From NCBI GenBank assembly GCA_037381445.1, contig JARRQT010000150.1, forward strand, positions 1 to 16,931: DNA of 16,931 nucleotides. Direction: 5' to 3'. Every line of letters starts with the position of its first letter. The first letter of the stretch is position 1. The notes beneath the pieces are model-generated. The model made no database searches, was not told where the DNA came from, and saw only the letters and a program-made list of their open reading frames with translations. The position numbers and the translations under genes are program-made. Of this stretch, positions 1 to 8,414 are shown in pieces. This stretch comes from Calditrichia bacterium. GTDB taxonomy: Bacteria; Calditrichota; Calditrichia; RBG-13-44-9.

Positions 1-599
1 TTTTTGTTGACTTCCTCAACTGCGGATTCATCCGCCATGTCAGAAACCATTTTTAGTATCAACAGGGGGATGTTAAGTTCGCGGGAGATTTGCGCGAGGG
101 GATAACCCTCCATATCAACCAGGGAACAGCCGCTTTCCCGGAACAGACGGTCCCGCTCCCCGGTGGAAAGAACCGCCTGTTCCACCGTCAATAGATCCGA
201 TACCGGAAAAGAAATTTTCAATTGTTCGCGTTGTCCCAACAAGTCATCAGCGGGACGGATGACCGGAAGAGCTTCCATGCAAACTTTGTCGATGAGATAT
301 GTTTCATGAAGCGGGATATTTTTATTGAGCGCCCCGCAAATACCATAATTTATGATGAGCGCCGGATTCAGCTCACGAATGGCGGCGCTGAGTTCCGTGC
401 GGCTGAAGGGGATACCTATCCCGGTTTCCAGAATATAAAAATCTTTTTCGAACAATTGGAAAATACGCATTCGTCCGCGACGGCGGATTTCCCGGCCGGG
501 CGCCTGGTCCATCAGCACCCGCGACTCTGCGCGGAGTGCAGTGATGAAAACCATGGGGAGAAATTCCGCGGAAACCGGGAAAAAAATTTCACGCTTCAT
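1..599 (-). CDS. Nucleoside phosphorylase family (PNP_UDP_1; MTA/SAH nucleosidase-like) protein, 3' end runs off the window
   Basis: Manual translation from ATG at 599 (alternative ATG at 554): MKREIFF..VFITALRAE..LETGIG..IINYGICGAL..LLTVEQAV..LVDMEG..LKMVSDMADE, matching the family motifs; open to the window edge and absent from the ORF track. Confidence 0.8.
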   Translation of the reverse strand, partial: MKREIFFPVSAEFLPMVFITALRAESRVLMDQAPGREIRRRGRMRIFQLFEKDFYILETGIGIPFSRTELSAAIRELNPALIINYGICGALNKNIPLHETYLIDKVCMEALPVIRPADDLLGQREQLKISFPVSDLLTVEQAVLSTGERDRLFRESGCSLVDMEGYPLAQISRELNIPLLILKMVSDMADESAVEEVNK

Positions 600-722
600 A
601 AAAATAACACCACATTTTCAGCACCCTGGATTCCGGATGCACCATCTTCAATTAGATAAAAACCATTTTTGATAAAACCGATGCTTCCTTTATATTCCAA
701 TCAAAAAAAGGAGCTCCAATAT

Positions 723-1190
723 ATGAAAATCCGAGTTTACCGCAAAGATAAATCTGTACCGCTACCCACCCGCAAGACCTCCCGATCCGCCGGACTGGAT
801 GTCTACGCGGCGGAAACCGTAAACCTGTTGCCCGGGGAAACGGCGCTGGTGCCCACCGGGCTCATCATCGAATCTCCTCCCGGCTACTATTTCAAAATTT
901 TCATTCGCAGCGGATTTGCGGTAAAAAACGGAATCAGTCTGGCCAATGATGTGGGAATCATTGATGAGGATTACTGCGGTCCCGCAGATGAAGTGAAAGT
1001 GGCGCTCGTCCGGCATTTCAATCCCGCCGATCCCGATCGCGATAAAGCATTTGTCATCGAAAAAGGAACCCGTATAGCGCAGTTGATCTTCGAAAAAAAT
1101 GCCATGCCCGAAGTGGAGTGGGAAGAACAGGAGGATGCGGGATTCGCCGGCGACACCCGGGGCGGTTTTGGCTCAACGGGCAGCAGGTAG
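723..1190 (+). CDS. dut: Trimeric dUTP diphosphatase (dUTPase)
   Basis: All five motifs: SAGLD, RSG, GIIDEDYCG, RIAQL, RGGFGSTG. ATG at 723 follows AAGGAG, preferred over the TTG at 669. Confidence 0.95.
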   Translation: MKIRVYRKDKSVPLPTRKTSRSAGLDVYAAETVNLLPGETALVPTGLIIESPPGYYFKIFIRSGFAVKNGISLANDVGIIDEDYCGPADEVKVALVRHFNPADPDRDKAFVIEKGTRIAQLIFEKNAMPEVEWEEQEDAGFAGDTRGGFGSTGSR

Positions 1191-1219
1191 CATTTCTTGC
1201 TCATAAAATTTGGGAAATT

Positions 1220-1663
1220 ATGAAAAGACACCCGGCACTTCACGGACTTTCCTCGGAACACCATCACGGCCTGGTTTGGGCACGGCGGCTGGAACGCACA
1301 GGTGAAATCCAGAATCCGTCCGGGATTCAAAGGCTCGTGCAGGAATTTCGGGATTTTTGGGAATCGGATCTGAAAGAGCATTTCAGGAAGGAAGAAGATA
1401 TCTTATTCCCCCTTTATTATAACTGCATCGGCCGGATCACCGAAGCCGTAATGGAGACAGTCCGCCAGCATGTAAGGATTCGGAGCGCGGTGCTGAATCT
1501 GGCACAGCAGGCCGAAAATCAGACTGCAATATTGAAGGAAATTTCGGTCCTGCTCAGCGAACATATTCGTTTTGAGGAGCGGGTATTATTTGAAGAAATT
1601 CAGATTGAATGTCCGGATCATCTTTTGGACCAGTTGCTGGAATTTCCCGAACTGCAGAAATAG
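1220..1663 (+). CDS. Hemerythrin (HHE cation-binding) domain protein
   Basis: MKRHPAL..LSSEHHHGL..EHFRKEEDILFP..QH..EHIRFEERVLF: two HxxxEE repeats typical of bacterial hemerythrin-like proteins; start placed at ATG 1220. Confidence 0.85.
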   Translation: MKRHPALHGLSSEHHHGLVWARRLERTGEIQNPSGIQRLVQEFRDFWESDLKEHFRKEEDILFPLYYNCIGRITEAVMETVRQHVRIRSAVLNLAQQAENQTAILKEISVLLSEHIRFEERVLFEEIQIECPDHLLDQLLEFPELQK

Positions 1664-1714
1664 CAGCCATGCAAACCGGCGCGCGTTCGATAGAGGATGC
1701 CGTTTACAGGCTGC
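1663..1714. terminator. Imperfect inverted repeat between convergent genes, possible terminator
   Basis: GCAGCCATGCAAACCGGC ... GCCGTTTACAGGCTGC can pair with bulges; lies at the convergent ends of the hemerythrin and PorV/PorQ genes; no clear U-tract. Confidence 0.25.
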
Positions 1715-2657
1715 CCATGATGCCGAGCCGGTTCTGGCTTCCCAGATCCCCGAAATTGGAGTAGGCATAGTCGATCCGGAACTGCCGCCAGACAATGCCC
1801 AGACCCAGCGAGAAGCCGCCAAACACGGTGCGGCCCACCGGCTTGATGCTGCGGTTAATATCGTTTTGATATCCCAGCCTGAAGCGAATCATCTCACTGA
1901 CGTCAAATTCCCCGCCAACGGAGAATTTTTTGAAGCGGTCCCAAACGTTGCTTTCATTGGCGGTGAGATCATTCAGGCTGCCTGTCAGGAGGAGAGGAAG
2001 ATGGGCCAGGCGCTTGGCCAGACCGATCTGAAGCAGGGTGGGAAGTTTCTCACGGTAATCCGTATAATTATCGATGGTGGTGCCCAAATTCAGCAGGGAA
2101 ACACCGAGTTTCAGGTCGTCCAGCGCTTTGATGGAATAGAGCAGGCCGCCGTCGATGGCGACGCCGGATGCATTGTAATTATCCAGAGAGGAGTATATAA
2201 ATTTTAATCCGATCCCGTAATCAAAGCCGCTGCCCAGGGTGTTGCTGAGGCCTAGCATAAAAGCGAATTCCGAAGCGCCGAACGTGCGGCCGGTGCGGTC
2301 GCCGTTGGCGTCGGTTTCATTGAAGCTTCCGTAATTAAAGTAAACCAGACCGGCGCTGACATTTCCAAAATTTTTCACCGGCTGACCGTACGCCAGGTGG
2401 CCGGCCTGAAAATCCAGCAAATGGTCCACGTAACTGACGCTCCACTGGCGCAGTGTATTTCCGGACAATGCCGCCGGATTGTACATCACCGCCTGAATAT
2501 CGCCGGGTACCGCCACCAGGTTCCCGCCCATGGCGGCGCCCCGCGGGCTGTACTGGTTTCTCAAAAATTCAAATCCCGTAGTCCCCACGGATTGAGCCCG
2601 CGCCCCGAGACTGATCAAAAGAACAGCAATGACGCTATATAAAATTCGGGTCTTCAT
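1704..2657 (-). CDS. PorV/PorQ family (UPF0164-like) outer-membrane beta-barrel protein
   Basis: Signal peptide ending ARA-Q, then GTTGFEFL..SPRGAAMGG..YNPAAL, amphipathic strands (AIDGGLLY, LGVSLLNLG, FRLGY, GFSLGLG, FRIDYAY). Confidence 0.85.
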   Translation of the reverse strand: MKTRILYSVIAVLLISLGARAQSVGTTGFEFLRNQYSPRGAAMGGNLVAVPGDIQAVMYNPAALSGNTLRQWSVSYVDHLLDFQAGHLAYGQPVKNFGNVSAGLVYFNYGSFNETDANGDRTGRTFGASEFAFMLGLSNTLGSGFDYGIGLKFIYSSLDNYNASGVAIDGGLLYSIKALDDLKLGVSLLNLGTTIDNYTDYREKLPTLLQIGLAKRLAHLPLLLTGSLNDLTANESNVWDRFKKFSVGGEFDVSEMIRFRLGYQNDINRSIKPVGRTVFGGFSLGLGIVWRQFRIDYAYSNFGDLGSQNRLGIMGSL

Positions 2658-2784
2658 TCATATCCTCAATGCTATTTTCTCATCCTAATATAATCAAAAT
2701 TTATTTTGTTGAGCTCCCCAAAACGGAAAATTTATCTGGCTGCCGGGGAGCCAAACATCCGGTTCATTCCCGGCTGAAAACAAT

Positions 2785-3675
2785 TTAATAAATCTTCAGC
2801 AATTCTTCCTGATACTTTTTCCAGAACATGGCGCCTTTTTCCACCAGAAAATCCTCAAAATTCACCGTATGAACATGGGGGATGCTCCGTTCCAGAAACC
2901 TCTCGGCAATTTCCTGGAATTTATAGGGCATGTCACTCAGATAAAATCTTTGTTCAGCTATCTGATCCGGATCGGCAAGCATGCCGTTTTCCTGAAGTAT
3001 TTGCCCCACCATCCCGGCGGTTTCCACGCCGCTGTCCACCAGGCGGACTTCGCTTCCCACAATTTTTTGTATCATGGCTGCCAGCAGCGGGTAATGGGTG
3101 CATCCCAGGATCACCGTGTCCACCTTGTTTTCCATCAGCGGCTGCAGGTATCGCCGGGCAATGAGGTAGGTCGCTTCGTCTTCAATCCAGCCTTCCTCCA
3201 CCAGCGGCACGAAAAGCGCACAGGCCTGTGAAATGACCTGCGCATATTGCGCCATTCCTTTTATCTCCCGCCGGTAGCTCCCGCTCCGCACTGTCGCAGC
3301 GGTACCGATGACTCCGATCTTTTTCTCTCCGGAATATTTTATGGCCGCCCGGGCGCCTGGCTCTATCACCCCGGTCACCGGCACCTCCAGCAGTTGCTGC
3401 AGCATTTTCACGGCCACCGCCGATGCGGTATTGCAGGCCACCACAATCATTTTCACATTTTTATCCAGCAGGAAGAAAGAATCCTCCAGCGCGAAACGGC
3501 GCACAATTTCCTCGGATTTTGTGCCGTAGGGTATCCGGGCGGTGTCGCCGAAATAGACAATATTTTCAGCGGGCAGTTTCTTCATGAGCTGTTTGACAAC
3601 CGTCAGACCGCCCACGCCGGAATCAAACACCCCAATAGGGCGATTGTCAAAATCAATTTTATTCTTTATTGTCAT
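2785..3675 (-). CDS. murI: Glutamate racemase
   Basis: PIGVFDSGVGGLTV, GDTARIPYG, catalytic VACNTAS and LGCTHYP motifs. Confidence 0.97.
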   Translation of the reverse strand: MTIKNKIDFDNRPIGVFDSGVGGLTVVKQLMKKLPAENIVYFGDTARIPYGTKSEEIVRRFALEDSFFLLDKNVKMIVVACNTASAVAVKMLQQLLEVPVTGVIEPGARAAIKYSGEKKIGVIGTAATVRSGSYRREIKGMAQYAQVISQACALFVPLVEEGWIEDEATYLIARRYLQPLMENKVDTVILGCTHYPLLAAMIQKIVGSEVRLVDSGVETAGMVGQILQENGMLADPDQIAEQRFYLSDMPYKFQEIAERFLERSIPHVHTVNFEDFLVEKGAMFWKKYQEELLKIY

Positions 3676-3792
3676 ACTGTTCCAATATAAAAAAGTACCT
3701 GAAAACCGGGCTTTATCTGCTTCTTGCGGATTTCAAGAGAAGAGAAACAGTCTCCCAAAATCCCCAGCTTTTCTTCCGCCCGATATTCTGCA

Positions 3793-5338
3793 TTAAATTG
3801 CATTTTCATAATCACGCTTAAATTTCTGCAACCCCTCAAAAATTCCCTGGGCAATTTTGTGCTGGTATGCGGAGGTCTTCAGAATTTTCGCGTCGTAGGG
3901 ATTTGACACGAATCCCGTTTCCACCAAAATATTCGGCATGGTAGCGCCGACCATCACCCAGAAAGGCCCCTGCTTCACACCCCGGCTGGGCAGGCGAAGA
4001 CTATGCATCTGTTTGTCAATCTGCTGCTGCACCATTGAAGCCAGATATTCACTCTGGCGGGAAAACGCATTCTGGGCCATTGTCGCCAGAATCTGATTAA
4101 TGCCCTGGTACTCTTTGCGGGTGCTGGCATCTTCAAAATTGATCACAGAGTTCTCGCTCAGCACCACGTCCCGTGCCATATCCCCCTTTTCAGGACCCAG
4201 AATGAATGTTTCGAATCCGCAGTCGTTATGTTTGCGGTTACTGTTATCGTGAATACAGATAAACACTTACACTTTATTTTCATGGGCAAACTGGGTGCGT
4301 CGGCGCAGGGATGATTTTCCCCAATTTTTGGGCAATCGGGAGAACCACATCTTTTTCATACAATTTTCCCGAGCCAATGGCCCCCGGATCCTTCCCCCCA
4401 TGCCCCGGATCGATGACAACCACATCTATCAGCCACTTCTTCCGCTCTTCTTCCAACTGCCTTTTTATTTCGTCGGATGGTTCATCCGCCGCGGGCTCCT
4501 CTTCGCGCAGCTCGGAGAGTTCTTCGTCAGAAAGGTCATCGTTGGTCCGCAAAACAATCAGGACCTCGTTGTTTTCCGGCTTGGTAATTATCTCCTTGGA
4601 CAGCGGCTCCGACCTCAGAAGAAAGGCCAGACTGAGAAGTTCGGAGAACTGGAACGTTTTCACTTTCCGCACCAAACCATCGGTTTTGGTCTGGCCGATG
4701 ATGGCGGGGTCTGTCTTTCCGCCGTAGAAATCGACATGCAGCCAGCCGTAGCGCATATCGGCGGTTATCTCTCCCGGATTGAATTCCCGGGTGGTCTGGA
4801 CGCGAATCAAGGTGCCGTTTTCCTTTGCGGATATCTGCACGCCGGTGATGTTTATATCCTGATGCGTGACTTCCAGTAACTGCTGATCTTCTTTATAATT
4901 TAAGTGCAAGGTGGTTCGCCTGCTCAGCAGTGGCGCAAAGTATTTAACCGGAACAAAAATCTCACCATTTTTCCAGAGAGCGGGTGCCGGCATCTGGTAT
5001 GCCTCGTCATCCACAATCACAAAAGAATTATTAGCGGTCACCACCACCTGGTTCCCGGGAAAATAAAGCACTACCTTCCTCTTGGAATCATTGAAGTAGG
5101 TATGATACTGCAGGCTGCCGGCAAATTTAAATGCGGAGATGTAGGCCAGGTTATTTTTCATGAAAACAGGCAATTTAACCGCCGTTTTATTATCCAGCCG
5201 AATAGTGAGGAAGGAGCCGCCAGAATCATCGTTCCCTGCAAAAATGAGAGGCGAGAGCACACTGCTCACGGCATTTTGCGTTTTTATTAATAAAAAGCCC
5301 AGGAGTGGCAAATTCTTTAGAAAATTCCGGCGATCCAT
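3793..5338 (-). pseudogene. N-acetylmuramoyl-L-alanine amidase (N-terminal beta domains + Amidase_3), disrupted near 4310 in this sequence
   Basis: ORF 4280..5338 carries a twin-arginine signal (DRRNFLK), IDPGHGGKDPGA and EKDVVL; ORF 3793..4266 carries FIxIHxNS, GFETF, RGVKQGPFWV and PNILVETGFVSN. Between them there is a frameshift, a missing VxxTRxxDxF segment and an in-frame TAA at 4269-4267. Confidence 0.85.
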
Positions 5339-5596
5339 ATGCCTGCGTTAAGTTATTCTTTCAAGTGTTGAAAATAATATAAATGTGCGGATAATTCAAC
5401 TCTTATAAAAATGAAATACGCCGCAGCAACAGCAGAAGCAATAGAAATCCTTTCCGCTGACTTATTGTTTGCATCACCGGAATCCGAGTTAAACCGCCCC
5501 CTGATCTTCAGAAACCGCCAGGAAATTCAGACTGTTGATAGAATATCAAAGTGTTGAAAACGGGTAATTCAGGTGACGAAAATAGCTTCATTTGAA

Positions 5597-5608
5597 ATTC
5601 ACGTGAAT
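5597..5608. promoter_or_regulatory. Perfect 12-bp palindrome, candidate enhancer-binding-protein site
   Basis: ATTCACGTGAAT, about 103-114 bp upstream of the transcription start predicted from the sigma-54 site. Confidence 0.4.
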
Positions 5609-5684
5609 CATCCAAATTTCTCTAACCGGCTAATAATACTAAACATGGCCTGATTCGAAATATCTCAAATTCGATGATTTTTAA

Positions 5685-5700
5685 TGGCACATTGATTGCA
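5685..5700 (+). promoter_or_regulatory. Sigma-54 (RpoN) -24/-12 promoter
   Basis: TGGCAC-ATTGA-TTGCA matches TGGCAC-N5-TTGCW exactly; intergenic, 31 bp before ATG 5732, heading a flagellar gene run. Confidence 0.88.
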
Positions 5701-5731
5701 AAAATGCTTTCTGTTAGAAAAGGGATTTTTA

Positions 5732-7501
5732 ATGAACGAAGAGAGTCGGATTCATTACCTTAAACAATTAAACCATCCGGAAACAGAGGTTCGGCGGCAG
5801 GCTATCCTGAAACTGGGACAGACTGATGATTCCCATATTTTCAAAATACTGTCCAGTCATTTCTCCGATGGGCATCCCGCCATCCGGGAAGCGCTGTTAA
5901 GGATTTTTTCGGCAAACAAATCCCGGCGCGTCGCTGAAATTGTAGTGGATACTCTACATTCCCCGCAGCTCTCCGTCCAGAGTCTGGCCATGGAAATCCT
6001 GAAAAGCATGGAGCAGGAGGCCATCCTTCCCCTGCGGCGGCTCACCAAGTCCGGCAATCCCGAAATACGCAAAATCGCCATTGAACTACTGGGGGACATC
6101 AATCACTCCAGCGCAGCAGGCATTCTGCTCGATCTGCTGGATGAATCCGACGAGGAAGTTTTATTGGCTGTCATCGAAGGGCTCGGAAAACAGAAAGAAA
6201 TCCGCGCAGTGCCCAGGCTCCTCGAATATTATGATATCAATGAGAAACACAAATCAACAATTCTGAATGCGCTCACCCAGATATTCCTCTACTGGGAAAA
6301 AAATATTGTGCGGAGTGAAATTCTTGATGACGATCCGATTCTCGCCGCCAGTTTCATTAATTCCGTGCAGGAAAACGGGAATGTGAGTTCGCTGAACCTG
6401 ATCCTGCAATGGCTGAAAAACGAAAACCTCGGGTCCAGGGAAGAGCTCGTCAAGGCGCTGGCGGCCATACTTGATAAGAATGCTTACATTACCCTGCCCG
6501 TTCATCTGTTTAATGATATCAAACTAATCTGGCAGCAGCATTTTGAATCGATGCCCCTGTCTTCCTATTTAATCTGCCTCTGCCGAATCCCATCCGTTGA
6601 GGCTCTGGATGAAATACTTGAGTTTTATGAAAAAAATCCGGCGGACAAAGTCATCCAGACATTCCTGGCTGAATATCTCTCCAGATTTTTCAGCATATAC
6701 CTGGCCCGGCTCTCACATATTGAATCAAACCTTCACCTGAAAATATTGAATCTTCTGCTGCAGCGCAAAACGCCGATTTCCGACAAACAATTGCTGGAGG
6801 TGCAGGAGGCAAGCGACAATCCCGAAGAAAAACGCCTGCTGATGCGGCTGGCGGTAAACAGCAATCTGCCGGAAGCGAAGCAGATGCTGCTGGCCCGGTT
6901 GAGCGGGAATTCCACCGTCGAAGTCGCCGAGACATTAAAATATTTATTGAAATACAGGGACGAAGAGCTGTGGCCCCTTTATTTCAAATATATCGATCAC
7001 AAACAGCCGGAGTTAAAGGCGGTGGCACTGCAGGGCCTTTTACAGTTCCCTGAAAAAACGCTGGATTACATTTTGATCAATCTCAAATCTACCAAGGCCA
7101 AATCATTATCCTTCTTTTTCAATCTGGTGATGGCGCTTCCCCCCGGACTTGCCGACCGCTTTTTCACGAAATGGCTGGCGGATGGAGAAGAAGACAAAGT
7201 TAAATCGCTGGGCCTTTACATCATCAAAAACATGAAAACAGAATATCTGCCGCTGATTGTAAAAAACCTGCGGGAACATCCGGAGCAGGTCAATCTCCTA
7301 TTGTCATCAATTTCAAAAACGATTGATGAATTTCAGATTGCGGATTCACTGAACCATTACTGGCAGACGCTTCCTGAAAACGTCAAGTCTGAAACAGAAA
7401 GAATGTTCACAAATTTTTGGGGTGACGGATTTGAAACCCAATATGCAACCGCCGATTCGGTCGAACAGTTCTCCGACGCTAATCTGGAACCGGATTTATA
7501 G
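5732..7501 (+). CDS. HEAT/PBS-lyase-like repeat protein
   Basis: Repeated units such as PETEVRRQAILKLG, HPAIREALLRIF, NPEIRKIAIELLGDI, DEEVLLAVIEGLGK, PELKAVALQGL. ATG 5732 chosen because TTG 5696 lies inside the sigma-54 site. Confidence 0.85.
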   Translation: MNEESRIHYLKQLNHPETEVRRQAILKLGQTDDSHIFKILSSHFSDGHPAIREALLRIFSANKSRRVAEIVVDTLHSPQLSVQSLAMEILKSMEQEAILPLRRLTKSGNPEIRKIAIELLGDINHSSAAGILLDLLDESDEEVLLAVIEGLGKQKEIRAVPRLLEYYDINEKHKSTILNALTQIFLYWEKNIVRSEILDDDPILAASFINSVQENGNVSSLNLILQWLKNENLGSREELVKALAAILDKNAYITLPVHLFNDIKLIWQQHFESMPLSSYLICLCRIPSVEALDEILEFYEKNPADKVIQTFLAEYLSRFFSIYLARLSHIESNLHLKILNLLLQRKTPISDKQLLEVQEASDNPEEKRLLMRLAVNSNLPEAKQMLLARLSGNSTVEVAETLKYLLKYRDEELWPLYFKYIDHKQPELKAVALQGLLQFPEKTLDYILINLKSTKAKSLSFFFNLVMALPPGLADRFFTKWLADGEEDKVKSLGLYIIKNMKTEYLPLIVKNLREHPEQVNLLLSSISKTIDEFQIADSLNHYWQTLPENVKSETERMFTNFWGDGFETQYATADSVEQFSDANLEPDL

Positions 7502-7562
7502 GGTGAACGATGCAAAAAAACGCGCACATATACAGAGGGAACAAGAGAGAAGGAAATCGGGA

Positions 7563-8412
7563 ATGAGTCTGCCCTCTGAGATACACCGTAAAGTAAGCAG
7601 GATTGAAAACCTGGCCACGCTTCCCAATATTGCCGCAGAAATCCTGGACATGCTCAGGAGCGCCACCTCCAGTATGAAGGGGATCGCGAGAGTCATTGAA
7701 AAGGATCCCAGCGTGACAACCAAAATCATCAAGGTTTCCAATTCACCACTATGGGGTTTCCCAGGTAGAGTCGACAATGTACAGCGGGCGCTTGTTTTGC
7801 TGGGATTAAAACAGGTAACAAACATCGTGATTGCTGTGAGCCTCTACAGCACCTTCGCAAAACTGAAGGCCAATCCCTATTTCGATCGCGAAAAGTTCTG
7901 GCTCCATTCAGCGGGTACCGGCCAGATTGCGCGCACCTTTTCCAATAAACTGGGGCTCAATTTTCATGGGGAAGATTTTGTGGCTGCACTTATCCATGAC
8001 ATTGGTAAAATGGTTCTGGACCAGTTCTTTCCGGATCAGTTCAAACATATTCTGAGTTACGCAAAAGAGACCAACAAAACCATCCTGAAAGTGGAAGGAG
8101 AGGTCCTCGGCTGCAACCATGCCGATATCGGCGGATGGCTGCTGCAGCACTGGAACTTCCCCGACTCAATCTTTACAGCCGTTACCTATCATCACCAGAT
8201 GCAAAAAGCAGCCAGTTTCCAGAATCTGAGAAATGTGGGGCATCGGATTCGACGGCGACATCAGGAAATTTCAGCTTTCCACCGATCCCGGCTGGCAGAT
8301 TCTGAAAGATTTTTATCCGCAGCTGAAGCAGATAGATATGGAAAAATTCGCTTTCGAACTGGGCGCGGATATTGACAAGGCACAGCTATTTATTGAGTTG
8401 ATCAGGGACTAA
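7563..8412 (+). pseudogene. HDOD domain protein, frameshifted near 8229 in this sequence
   Basis: LATLP, IEKDPSVTTKIIKVSNS, ALVLLG, FWLHS, LIHDIGK, NHADIGGWLLQHWNFP, YHH. The C-terminus continues in another frame from 8230 (EMWGIGFDGD..IELIRD, stop 8410-8412) and aligns with the intact paralogue at 10675. Confidence 0.85.
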
Positions 8413-8414
8413 GG

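Noticed and set aside
222..659. 145-aa plus-strand ORF
   Set aside because: Antisense to the motif-bearing nucleoside phosphorylase gene; no recognisable features.
1704..2657. Evidence for a complete type IX secretion system
   Set aside because: A single PorV/PorQ-family gene is not enough; no porK/L/M/N or sprA in the window.
2713..2751. GCTCCCC...GGGGAGC inverted repeat downstream of murI
   Set aside because: Only 7 bp with a 25-nt loop and no convincing U-tract; too weak to call a terminator or RNA element.
4215..4290. Substitution cluster as a diversity-generating retroelement target
   Set aside because: Inferred changes include C-to-A as well as A-to-N, there is no template repeat or reverse transcriptase in the window, and a stop codon is created.
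1572..5290. Plus-strand ORFs 1572..2207, 2869..3231, 3247..3690, 4295..4879 and 4904..5290
   Set aside because: Antisense shadows of the PorV/PorQ-family, murI and amidase genes.
4267..8235. Programmed frameshifting or stop readthrough to explain the amidase and HDOD breaks
   Set aside because: No slippery sequence at either junction, and conserved coding sequence is physically missing, so recoding would not restore the proteins.
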